From a virus (taxonomy: Duplodnaviria; Caudoviricetes): a stretch of 52,053 nt of DNA. This document shows positions 44,213 through 52,053 of this stretch, one piece after another. Below the pieces are notes generated by a model that was given only the letters and a program-made list of their open reading frames with translations, had not been told where the DNA came from and made no database searches. The first letter of the stretch is position 1; the number at the start of each line of letters is the position of its first letter. Where the stretch lies: positions 1 to 52,053 of IMG/VR virus record IMGVR_UViG_3300033552_000012; one strand, written 5' to 3'. The translations under genes and the position numbers were made by a program.

Positions 44213-45409
44213 ATGAGTAAATGGAGAATCTATGACGATGTCATTAAAACTATATTGCTGAATAATGAGGAATTATCAGACTGGAAGGTTTCTCAGATTG
44301 TCCTTAAAGCAGAAAGACCAACAACAGAATCAGACTTACTTCGGACTTATATCAAAAGGAATCGAAAAAGGCTATTAGATAAATTTGAAGGCAATTACAC
44401 CGCTACAGACGCGCTCGACATCGACAATACCACGGTAAAACACATGTGGGTAAAGAATAAAGAAGCTTCTTTATTTGTCAAAAACCCAAATTTTATTCCT
44501 CAGACAGAATCTGAAACCGACAACTTCAAGACTTTAAGCGATGCTTTAATTTATGACTTGAAGAACTACTCCCCCATTTTTAAAAAAATAGAATATGTAG
44601 AAAGTACTGATTCCTATTTATTAGTAGTTGACCCCGCAGATGTTCATGTAGGTAAATTATGTAGTGATTTTGAAGTTGGACAATCTTACAATAATCAAAT
44701 AGCGGTACAAAGAGCATTAGAAGGGGTTCGTGGATTATTGCAAAAAGCAAAAGGGTTTCATATAGACCAAATACTCTTTATAGGAGGAAACGATATTTTA
44801 CATATTGACAGCCCTGCCAGAAAAACAGCAAATGGAACACCACAAGACACGGACGGTATGTGGCACTCTAATTTTCTGATAGCCAAACAACTTTATGTTG
44901 ATATTTTAGAAATCCTTCTTGCCGTGGCTCCGGTTCATTTTGATTTTAATCCAAGCAATCACGACTATACCAACGGTTTCTTTTTATCTCAGGTTATAGA
45001 GGCTTATTTTAGACATTGCAAAGAACTTACTTTCAATACTTCAATCGCTCACCGAAAATACTACAAATACCATAAAAATCTTATCGGAACTACCCACGGA
45101 GACGGTGCAAAAATGACTGACTTACCGATGCTTATGGCTACTGATAAACCTGTTGAATGGGCTGAAACAACACACCGATATGTTTATGTACATCATTTAC
45201 ACCACAAATGGAGTAAAGATATTTTTAGTGTTTGTGTAGAGGGATTAAGAAGTCCAAGCGGTACGGATTCCTGGCATCACCAAAAAGGATTTGAACACGC
45301 ACCGAAAGCGGTTGAAGGATTTTTGCACAGTAAAAATAACGGACAAATCGCCCGTTTAACCCATATTTTTAGCTTATTATTCATTGTTTTTTCGTATATT
45401 ACAGTATGA
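44213..45409 (+). CDS. Calcineurin-like metallophosphoesterase
   Basis: DVHVG, GNDILH, SNHD, HGD, HHLHH metal-binding motifs. Confidence 0.8.
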   Translation: MSKWRIYDDVIKTILLNNEELSDWKVSQIVLKAERPTTESDLLRTYIKRNRKRLLDKFEGNYTATDALDIDNTTVKHMWVKNKEASLFVKNPNFIPQTESETDNFKTLSDALIYDLKNYSPIFKKIEYVESTDSYLLVVDPADVHVGKLCSDFEVGQSYNNQIAVQRALEGVRGLLQKAKGFHIDQILFIGGNDILHIDSPARKTANGTPQDTDGMWHSNFLIAKQLYVDILEILLAVAPVHFDFNPSNHDYTNGFFLSQVIEAYFRHCKELTFNTSIAHRKYYKYHKNLIGTTHGDGAKMTDLPMLMATDKPVEWAETTHRYVYVHHLHHKWSKDIFSVCVEGLRSPSGTDSWHHQKGFEHAPKAVEGFLHSKNNGQIARLTHIFSLLFIVFSYITV

Positions 45410-46044
45410 TAGGAATATATAAAATTACAAATCCAAACGGAAGAGTTTACATAGGGCAAAGTATCAATATAGAAAGACGTTTTGATTCTTATTCAAGATG
45501 TGATTGCAAAGGACAAACCAAAATATACAACTCGATAAAGAAACATGGGTTTTTAAAGCATAAGGTAGAAGTTCTTGTTTATTGTGATATATCTGAATTA
45601 AATGAAAAAGAGGCTTATTATATAGAATTATATAATTCAAATAGCAGTTCTGATTTAAATTGCGGAGTTCCTAGATATTTAAATAAATCAGGATATTTAT
45701 CAGAAGAGACAAAAGCTAAAATGACATTAGCACAAACAGGCAATAAAAAATGGCTAGGTAAAAAACATAAAGAATCTACTAAGATTAAAATGTCAATAGC
45801 TCAGATGGGAAAAAAAGTAAGTAAAGAAACTTGTCTTAAAATATCTGAATCTAAAAAAGGTATTAATCCAAAGCATTTTGTAGAAATTCATCCAAACGCT
45901 AAAATAGTTTTAAATTTATCAAATGGAGTTTTTTATAAAAGTTTAAAAGAAGCTTCTTTAGATTATAATATTAATTACAATACATTAAAAAGTTATCTAA
46001 GTGGTAACATAAAAAAAAATAAAAGTGATTTAATTTACGCGTAA
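45406..46044 (+). CDS. GIY-YIG homing endonuclease with NUMOD3-like repeats
   Basis: GIYKITN..GRVYIGQS; repeated SEETKAKM/KESTKIKMS/SKETCLKIS. Confidence 0.9.
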   Translation: MIGIYKITNPNGRVYIGQSINIERRFDSYSRCDCKGQTKIYNSIKKHGFLKHKVEVLVYCDISELNEKEAYYIELYNSNSSSDLNCGVPRYLNKSGYLSEETKAKMTLAQTGNKKWLGKKHKESTKIKMSIAQMGKKVSKETCLKISESKKGINPKHFVEIHPNAKIVLNLSNGVFYKSLKEASLDYNINYNTLKSYLSGNIKKNKSDLIYA

Positions 46045-46337
46045 TTGCATCCGTTTATTTTTTAGTCACAAATTGTGTGTTAATTTGTGACAAAATAAAA
46101 ATGTAAAATTCATATATTAACAAACAAAAATAACTTAGCTATGACTTTAGAAGAAGAATTGCAGAAGAATTATACAAAAAGAGAACGGTTGTACAACAAA
46201 GGTTGCAATGATGAGAAGTTGAACGATAAAATACGGGAATTGCAAAAATTAATACGTGACCGCTAATACCTACTTAAAATAATCGCCAATTAAGTTTGGC
46301 GAGGCGAATACCGAAGCATTGTTTGGGGATTTCTAAC

Positions 46338-46377
46338 AAAAAAAGCCCCGAACTCCCTAATAAAAGGGGTCGGGGCT
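46338..46377 (-). terminator. Intrinsic terminator at the convergence of the two gene blocks
   Basis: AGCCCCGA...TCGGGGCT hairpin with a T-run on the - strand. Confidence 0.7.
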
Positions 46378-46542
46378 ATGGGTTTATTTTTGAATAATAA
46401 CGATTTCAGCGTCAATAACTTTTATATCGTGCAGGGCAAAAAATGCGTTCTGCAACTTGAATTGTCGTTTTTGGTGTTTTCTGTGCTTGGATTTATCTAA
46501 TCCTTTAATGTAGGCTTTTTGCTCCGGATTTAATTTCATATT

Positions 46543-46731
46543 TTATTCTTTAAAGGTTATGTTTTGTATGAATTCCTCGGATAATTCGACAGGAACGGTA
46601 CTGATGTCAATTTGGTAGCCAATGGCTAGTTTTTTATAGGATATTTGGGGATTTGATTTTAACCAAACACCTACTTTTTTGTAATGCTCTTTCTTAGCTT
46701 CCGATGGTTTGTAAACTCCTAATGACTTCAT
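46543..46731 (-). CDS. Hypothetical protein
   Basis: 62 aa. Confidence 0.6.
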   Translation of the reverse strand: MKSLGVYKPSEAKKEHYKKVGVWLKSNPQISYKKLAIGYQIDISTVPVELSEEFIQNITFKE

Positions 46732-46988
46732 ATTGTGTTAATTAATCGTTCATAAAAAGTAGCAGGACATTCATACTCGCTACACGGTGCGGGTTTTCCA
46801 AAGTTGTTGTCAAATATATAATGTTCAATGTGACTGAAATTATTTTCATCTTTGGGAAAATGTATGTGCAACAAGGCTAGAATCCCTCGGATGTGTTTGT
46901 GGGTTTTGTTATCCTCCACTAAAACCAGTAAGAACTCGATATAGTGAAGGTATTGAACAAACTTTTCTTTTTCTATCATTAATCGCAC
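46728..46988 (-). CDS. Hypothetical protein
   Basis: 86 aa. Confidence 0.6.
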   Translation of the reverse strand: MRLMIEKEKFVQYLHYIEFLLVLVEDNKTHKHIRGILALLHIHFPKDENNFSHIEHYIFDNNFGKPAPCSEYECPATFYERLINTI

Positions 46989-47173
46989 CTTTCGTTTAAT
47001 TCACCGAGCTTAAATTGATATTCTGCGTGAAGTTTAAGAACCGCAGCAGTATTGCCTCCTGAACGAAAGATAGCGTCTTGGTATTTCTTGGTTAACTCGG
47101 TAATTTCCTCATCGCAGTTCTTGTCGCAGGACAAAATAAAAAATAAAACGGGTAATAACAATAATTTTTTCAT
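46979..47173 (-). CDS. Small lipoprotein
   Basis: MKKLLLLPVLFFILS-C lipoprotein signal. Confidence 0.65.
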   Translation of the reverse strand: MKKLLLLPVLFFILSCDKNCDEEITELTKKYQDAIFRSGGNTAAVLKLHAEYQFKLGELNERCD

Positions 47174-47193
47174 AATAAATATATTTAGGTTAA

Positions 47194-47826
47194 TTAATAA
47201 ATTCCTATTTGATGATTAAATTGTTTTCGTAGATCGAGTCTTTCGGGGGCGTTGTATATCCGGTCTTGCAGTTGCAACCACTTTACAATTCCGTTAGCGA
47301 TACTTATTTTTTCTTGATATTCATCTTTAGCCATTTTAAGCAACGGATATTTCGCAACGATGTCAAACTTTACATATTCCCAATAATCCTTGCTGTATCG
47401 CTTTATTAGCCCTAGATCGTATTGCTGTATATTACCTCCTTTGGCACAATTGCAATTATAATCTTGCAGGTGCAAATTATCTAGATTGAACCGGATGGAA
47501 GGATTTGATTTTACAGTATGAAAATGTCCTGCTTGTGGCGTAGTGTTTCCGTTACAGGAAATACAACCCGATTTTAGGTCGATAAGACAGCAAATCTTAT
47601 TAATTGGTTTTTCAAGGTCTTTTTGCCAATCAGTGAGTGTTTTTAACTTGTCCTTAATAAGGACTTTTTCTTTGTTCCAATCCTGTTTTACTTTCTTTTC
47701 CTTATCGACTTTTTGCTTGGCTACAACTCCCATGGAATAGGAAACTTTGCATTCAATTTTATCACAATGTTTTTGCAAAAAATATTTGGGTTCAAACTTA
47801 TCAGAACATATTTTACACCTCGGCAT
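47194..47826 (-). CDS. ninG: NinG/Rap-like recombination endonuclease
   Basis: N-terminal CxxC...C....C, CISC...QAGHF...RFNLDNLHLQ...CN. Confidence 0.8.
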   Translation of the reverse strand: MPRCKICSDKFEPKYFLQKHCDKIECKVSYSMGVVAKQKVDKEKKVKQDWNKEKVLIKDKLKTLTDWQKDLEKPINKICCLIDLKSGCISCNGNTTPQAGHFHTVKSNPSIRFNLDNLHLQDYNCNCAKGGNIQQYDLGLIKRYSKDYWEYVKFDIVAKYPLLKMAKDEYQEKISIANGIVKWLQLQDRIYNAPERLDLRKQFNHQIGIY

Positions 47827-47830
47827 AGGC

Positions 47831-48274
47831 TTAGTTTTTTATGAAGGTTCCATCAACTGTTTTTCCTTTTCGGTCTTTTATCTCGTTCCAGGCTAAATTA
47901 GCACATTCTAACAGGTTGTATCCTAATTTATCACAAATATCTGACAAATACGAAATACTAAAATAATAATTATTCCCTTGTAAAATATATCCAAATAAAA
48001 CATGGTATTCTAATGCGCCACTATTTACGAAAACACTTTTGTCATCGATAGCTATATCTTCTTTTAACTGCTCGGCTAAAATAATTAACACCACGAAAAT
48101 ATCCCCTAATCCGTCCTTTATTTCATCGGGTTTATTCTTTAGTATTGCTCCGGAAGTTTCGCCTATTTCCTCTAAAAGTTTTAATCGTTGCTTGGGTGCG
48201 TTTTCTAAGTTTAGTAAATTCTTTTCATCCGCCCATGCTAAAATTAGGGATTGTAACTCTTGTAATGTTTTCAT
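47831..48274 (-). CDS. MazG-like nucleotide pyrophosphohydrolase
   Basis: WADEKNL...QRLKLLEEIGE...IKDGLGD...AWNEIKDRKG; ATG 48274 preferred. Confidence 0.8.
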   Translation of the reverse strand: MKTLQELQSLILAWADEKNLLNLENAPKQRLKLLEEIGETSGAILKNKPDEIKDGLGDIFVVLIILAEQLKEDIAIDDKSVFVNSGALEYHVLFGYILQGNNYYFSISYLSDICDKLGYNLLECANLAWNEIKDRKGKTVDGTFIKN

Positions 48275-48352
48275 TTTTGGTTTGGTTTTAAAATTTAATT
48301 GTAATTCTGTGGTATTCAATTGTTTGCATAATTTAGTAGCGACAGTTAGATA

Positions 48353-48771
48353 GTTGTAGGTAAGTTTGCCCAACTTTGTAGCCAAAGTTACGCTCACAGT
48401 TTTTTTACGTCTGATTGTAGTCTTTCAAAATAATCGATTCTTGAACCAGCATAGCCATCTTGGTTATCAAATTCTTTAAGTTCAATTATTGTTTTATGGA
48501 TGTGAATTAAAACACATTGTCTAGCAGTATCAAAACACATAGGGTATTTATGTAATCCATCAATCGGGTGCATAAATTCTAAAATTAATGCTCTTGCTTC
48601 TATTTCGGTATCTCTCATAATTCGTGATTTAAAAAACCTACCTACAACAATATATTGTAGCAATTAAGGCTTTGGTTATTAATTTATTTATTGGGTATGT
48701 ACTTGTTTTAATTAGGGCGAATTCGCCACAATTAGAATTCTTAGCCTTAACTGCAACAATAATGAACGTTA
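48353..48771. mobile_element. Solo gene cassette of the same family as the 752-5592 array
   Basis: Arms GTTGTAGGTAAGTTT (48353) / AAACCTACCTACAAC (48634-48648) and a 127-bp hairpin at 48645-48771. Confidence 0.8.
48394..48618 (-). CDS. Solo-cassette hypothetical protein
   Basis: MRDTEIEARALILEF...ARQCVLIHI...YFERLQSDVKKL (74 aa). Confidence 0.7.
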   Translation of the reverse strand: MRDTEIEARALILEFMHPIDGLHKYPMCFDTARQCVLIHIHKTIIELKEFDNQDGYAGSRIDYFERLQSDVKKL

Positions 48772-48772
48772 G

Positions 48773-49486
48773 TTAAAATTTATAATCTCCTTTTATCTGT
48801 AGTCTTTTTTCTTTAAGCAATTGAATGTATTCTTTTTTTATAGGATCGTGACTCCATTCTGTAATTAGTTTCTCTAAGGCAACCCTGTCAATTCCATTCG
48901 TTATCTTATCGATGTAGATGACTACTTTTTCCCTTTGAATGTTTTTTTCTTTCCGGAGCTTCCGTAATTCGTAAAAGCTCGTAGCGTTCTCTAGCGTGTC
49001 GATTTTCTTTTTAGAGAGTAAATGTTCGTTTTCTCTAAATTCAGCCTTTAGATTCAAATAATCGGGTATCCACTTATGGAAAACGGTCTGAGAATCGAGT
49101 TTAAAATCTTTTCCGTCGCCAATTTTGCCTTGACGAGCCAATTTAAACATCAAAACCACATCCTCTAAAGTTTCGTAACTGAATACTTCAATCAAGTCAA
49201 ACGCCATTACTATTGCTTGCTCCTCGGTGAATTTTTTACCCACGTTAAAGTTATCAGAAAGTCTAGTAGTCAAGAATACTAAGGCTTTAACTGTGTTTTT
49301 TTGGTCAATTAATTTAGTGAGTTTGCGAAGTGATGTTCCCTCTGATGCCGAAGCTAACGTCAGCTCGTTTTCAAGATAGGCTAATTCCCCTTCGTTTTTT
49401 CTAACTAAAATACTTATCAACTTTTGCGTTAATACTTTCCCAACGCTCATCGATTGGCTTTGGCTGATTATTATTTCCGTTTCCAT
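48773..49486 (-). CDS. Replication-module protein of unknown function
   Basis: 237 aa overlapping the initiator 3' end; helicase-loader position. Confidence 0.6.
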   Translation of the reverse strand: METEIIISQSQSMSVGKVLTQKLISILVRKNEGELAYLENELTLASASEGTSLRKLTKLIDQKNTVKALVFLTTRLSDNFNVGKKFTEEQAIVMAFDLIEVFSYETLEDVVLMFKLARQGKIGDGKDFKLDSQTVFHKWIPDYLNLKAEFRENEHLLSKKKIDTLENATSFYELRKLRKEKNIQREKVVIYIDKITNGIDRVALEKLITEWSHDPIKKEYIQLLKEKRLQIKGDYKF

Positions 49487-50273
49487 TTGTGTTGTTTTTA
49501 TTTAGGTTATCTATCCAAACGTGTTTGAAGCCCGACCAACTGTTTTTAACGCATTCTGCGAGCATTTCGTTGTAATTACATTCCTTACTCTCAATTTCAG
49601 AAATAAATGCCTTAAAAGCCGTCTCTGTGTTTGATGCTTTTTTGTTTTTACGAACCGTCAACCAATCATCGGTTAGATTTTGTTCAAATCCGTAATCTAA
49701 AAGACTTTTCCTGAAATTGAATTTTTTGTTTTCGGGCGAAGCCCCAATACATACTTCTTTTGTTTTATCTTCTATTATTTCATTTACTTTACTATACTCT
49801 ACTTTACTTTGTGTATTATTGGGGTTGTTTTGAGCACTGAAACTAAGTTTAGGGGTACTTTTTAAGGGTTTCCGTACCCCTAAACCCTCTAATAGTTGGA
49901 GTAATGAATTTCGGTCAATGCATTTATTTTTTCTTTTTAAGTATGCATCTTGAATACTGTCTATAAAATCTTGACACCAAATAATCCTATTTTCATCCCA
50001 TAATTGCAGGTCGAATTTATCTAAGTCAACTAAGTCATTTATTATTAAAATTAAGGTTTCTTTTGAAACTTTACATTTAGCACTTAAAAACATGATTGTT
50101 GTGTTTTTAGAAAGGTCTAAATAATGATTGTCGGTTCTAGCTAACTCTTGAAGTAATTTTATAAAAGTAGCATAACCATCATTTCCGTAAGTTTCCTCAA
50201 TATAGTACATTTTTTTCCCTTGTTCACAATCTAACGGGAAGTAGGTTACGGTGTTTTTTTGAGGTCTTGCCAT
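49401..50273 (-). CDS. Replication initiator-like protein (DUF4373/Lin1244 N-terminal domain)
   Basis: MARPQK..V.YFPLD...IEETYGNDGYA; TQSKVEYSKV linker; C-terminal WLTVRK...NSWSGF. Confidence 0.75.
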   Translation of the reverse strand: MARPQKNTVTYFPLDCEQGKKMYYIEETYGNDGYATFIKLLQELARTDNHYLDLSKNTTIMFLSAKCKVSKETLILIINDLVDLDKFDLQLWDENRIIWCQDFIDSIQDAYLKRKNKCIDRNSLLQLLEGLGVRKPLKSTPKLSFSAQNNPNNTQSKVEYSKVNEIIEDKTKEVCIGASPENKKFNFRKSLLDYGFEQNLTDDWLTVRKNKKASNTETAFKAFISEIESKECNYNEMLAECVKNSWSGFKHVWIDNLNKNNTNGNGNNNQPKPIDERWESINAKVDKYFS

Positions 50274-50464
50274 TATCGTACGCTTTTAAGTTTAGCCTGG
50301 ATAGTCAGTAAAACTCCGATAAGGTCGAAAAGGTTTTCTTTAGACAAAGAAATGTCGCAAGTTCCTGTGGTAGGGTTTGAGGTTTGAAAAGTGATTAGGT
50401 GCTTTTCTTGAAAAACTTGCAATAGGTAGTTTGGGTCGGTAACATCAGTAAATTTTAAAATCAT
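50273..50464 (-). CDS. Hypothetical protein
   Basis: 63 aa, coupled to the initiator. Confidence 0.6.
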   Translation of the reverse strand: MILKFTDVTDPNYLLQVFQEKHLITFQTSNPTTGTCDISLSKENLFDLIGVLLTIQAKLKSVR

Positions 50465-50530
50465 AGGTTAAGGTATTTAGTTAAAAAGTAAAATTTCAAT
50501 AAGTAGGCGATAAAATGTATATAAGTTTAG

Positions 50531-51169
50531 TTATTTAATTTTTGATTGTTTTATTTCTATTCCTTTTAATTTAGAATCATGTCTTATTATTTTATAACAT
50601 TTATTAATAAAATCTTTAATATCTAAAGATCCTTTCATTTGGTTGCATGTTTTGCATGACGAAGTAATATTTACGGGAGTGTTTAAACCCCCTTTTGATA
50701 TTGGTATTAGGTGCTCTAAATGCCATATTTTACTACTGATAGGTTCCGAACAATAGTAACATCTAAAAGAACTTCTTTTTAAACAATTCAAAACATCATC
50801 AGATGTTATTGTTTCGATATAATTAACTCTTCTATTATTTGAGTTTGCTTTTTCGCTGCATTTATATTTAAACATATTAATAACGTCTAATTCTTCATCT
50901 TTAGAAACGTACCTTATTTTTATATTTTTAATAGGAATTCTATCATTTTCAATTTTAAATGATGTTTTATAAATAGGCGTTTTTAAGTCAACAAAGTATT
51001 CAATCATTAATAAAACTAAATTTAATTTTAAATCTTCTATTTTAACTCTAGGAACTCCGCTAATTATTTTTAATGGAATAATTTCTTCTTTAAGTCCAGA
51101 AGTTCTAAAACAATACCCTTCTGATGAAATGAAATAACGTGATGTGTTTTTTAGCTGTTTAACCATCAA
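50531..51169 (-). CDS. HNH endonuclease
   Basis: CYYC...HLEHLIPISKGGLNTPVNITSSCKTCNQMK. Confidence 0.88.
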   Translation of the reverse strand: MMVKQLKNTSRYFISSEGYCFRTSGLKEEIIPLKIISGVPRVKIEDLKLNLVLLMIEYFVDLKTPIYKTSFKIENDRIPIKNIKIRYVSKDEELDVINMFKYKCSEKANSNNRRVNYIETITSDDVLNCLKRSSFRCYYCSEPISSKIWHLEHLIPISKGGLNTPVNITSSCKTCNQMKGSLDIKDFINKCYKIIRHDSKLKGIEIKQSKIK

Positions 51170-51364
51170 ATAAAGTGTTAAATAAAATAAGCCCTCAATT
51201 TCCCCGATGCAGCAGGTACTTTTGAAGGCTATTTAATAATGTCTTGTAAATATAGTGAAACCTGCATGAATAACTATTCTGTAAAATTAACAATTTTAGT
51301 AATATAATAACATACTAATTCTTATTAATTATAAAATAATTGTAAGTTGTTGTTTGTTAATAAG

Positions 51365-51895
51365 TTAAGAATGCTTCTTAATGATTCTGGAGCATGTGGC
51401 TATTATAGTTTCTTTATCGAGGTTGTAGGCACAAATAATTTGGGATAGAATTACTTTTGCAGGAACTCTAAAAGTAGCAATATTGCGGATAAGGTGTTCA
51501 AATTCCTTGATTATTTCGTTTGTTTCATTGATTTCTCTATCGCCTTTGTTTCCGTTATCATAAACGACCTTAAAATCTTTTTCAATAGGTTTGGAAAGTG
51601 TTTTCTTGACCACTGAAATAGCGGTTTTTATAGGAGTCAAATTACCATAATAATTTTTATCCATTTGGTCGATATTTTCTAAAATCATTTGACTAAGAAT
51701 AATATGCTCTAAAACCAATAACAATTCATCTTCGTATTCTAAATCTAAAATCTTTCTATGAGTCGGTGTTATTTCTAAAAACTCCTCGTCTCCTATAAAA
51801 ATAATTCCGTTTTTAAGTATAGCTCTTTTTGTTTTTACGAGGAACATTATTAATCCTTTCTCTTTTTCAATATCGTGTACTTCTTCGGTTGTCAT
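51365..51895 (-). CDS. Hypothetical protein
   Basis: 176 aa. Confidence 0.7.
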   Translation of the reverse strand: MTTEEVHDIEKEKGLIMFLVKTKRAILKNGIIFIGDEEFLEITPTHRKILDLEYEDELLLVLEHIILSQMILENIDQMDKNYYGNLTPIKTAISVVKKTLSKPIEKDFKVVYDNGNKGDREINETNEIIKEFEHLIRNIATFRVPAKVILSQIICAYNLDKETIIATCSRIIKKHS

Positions 51896-51909
51896 AATTT
51901 TATTTGTTA

Positions 51910-52053
51910 TTTAATGGCTCTATTTCATTTGTGAATTTATGACCTTGCTCTTGAAGGTATAATTCTAAAACTATAATTGATTTTTTTATATCGCTTATAA
52001 ATTCTCCTTTTTTTTCTGCTCTTTCTACACGTTTTACAATTTCAAAAAGATAG
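51910..52053. repeat. Terminal direct repeat, copy 2
   Basis: Matches 1..144 with 2 mismatches. Confidence 0.95.

Noticed and set aside
14828-45459. Numerous - strand ORFs inside the structural block (e.g. 25714-26364, 36082-36906), and + strand ORFs within the early region
   Set aside because: They are antisense shadows of well-supported genes, with no recognisable motifs
48275-48397. N-terminal extension of the MazG-like ORF through the solo-cassette left arm
   Set aside because: The recognisable domain starts at MKTLQELQ (48274) behind an A-rich leader; the GTG-start extension is probably incidental
1-52053. Stop-codon reassignment
   Set aside because: Core genes are full length under the standard code, and TAA, TAG and TGA all end coherent ORFs

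Overview
Apparently complete, circular genome (~51.9 kb; 1..144 is repeated at 51910..52053) of an AT-rich tailed dsDNA phage with a siphovirus-like gene set. The host is probably a Flavobacteriia/Bacteroidota member, judging by TAnnTTTG promoters and the protein families. The + strand (13.1-46.3 kb) carries terminase, portal, capsid, tail, lysis and fibre genes. The - strand carries early, recombination (Rad52/Sak plus exonuclease) and replication genes. No integrase or reverse transcriptase is recognisable. The main unexpected feature is an integron-like array of 12 small-gene cassettes at 752-5592, plus a solo cassette at 48353-48771. The cassettes are delimited by non-canonical attC-like hairpins (TAAC...GTTA, mostly 124-131 bp). 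Each has cassette-specific 14-16 bp terminal inverted arms, and the sites carry two invariant A/C mismatches. Cassette genes run antisense to the inferred site polarity, five of them start inside the hairpin loop and are translated through it, and no recombinase is encoded. Also notable are an anticodon-less tRNA-like element and rrn-like boxA motifs in the early leader, an RGITI (translational GTPase switch-I-like) peptide in cassette 1, and two morons with matching structured leaders.
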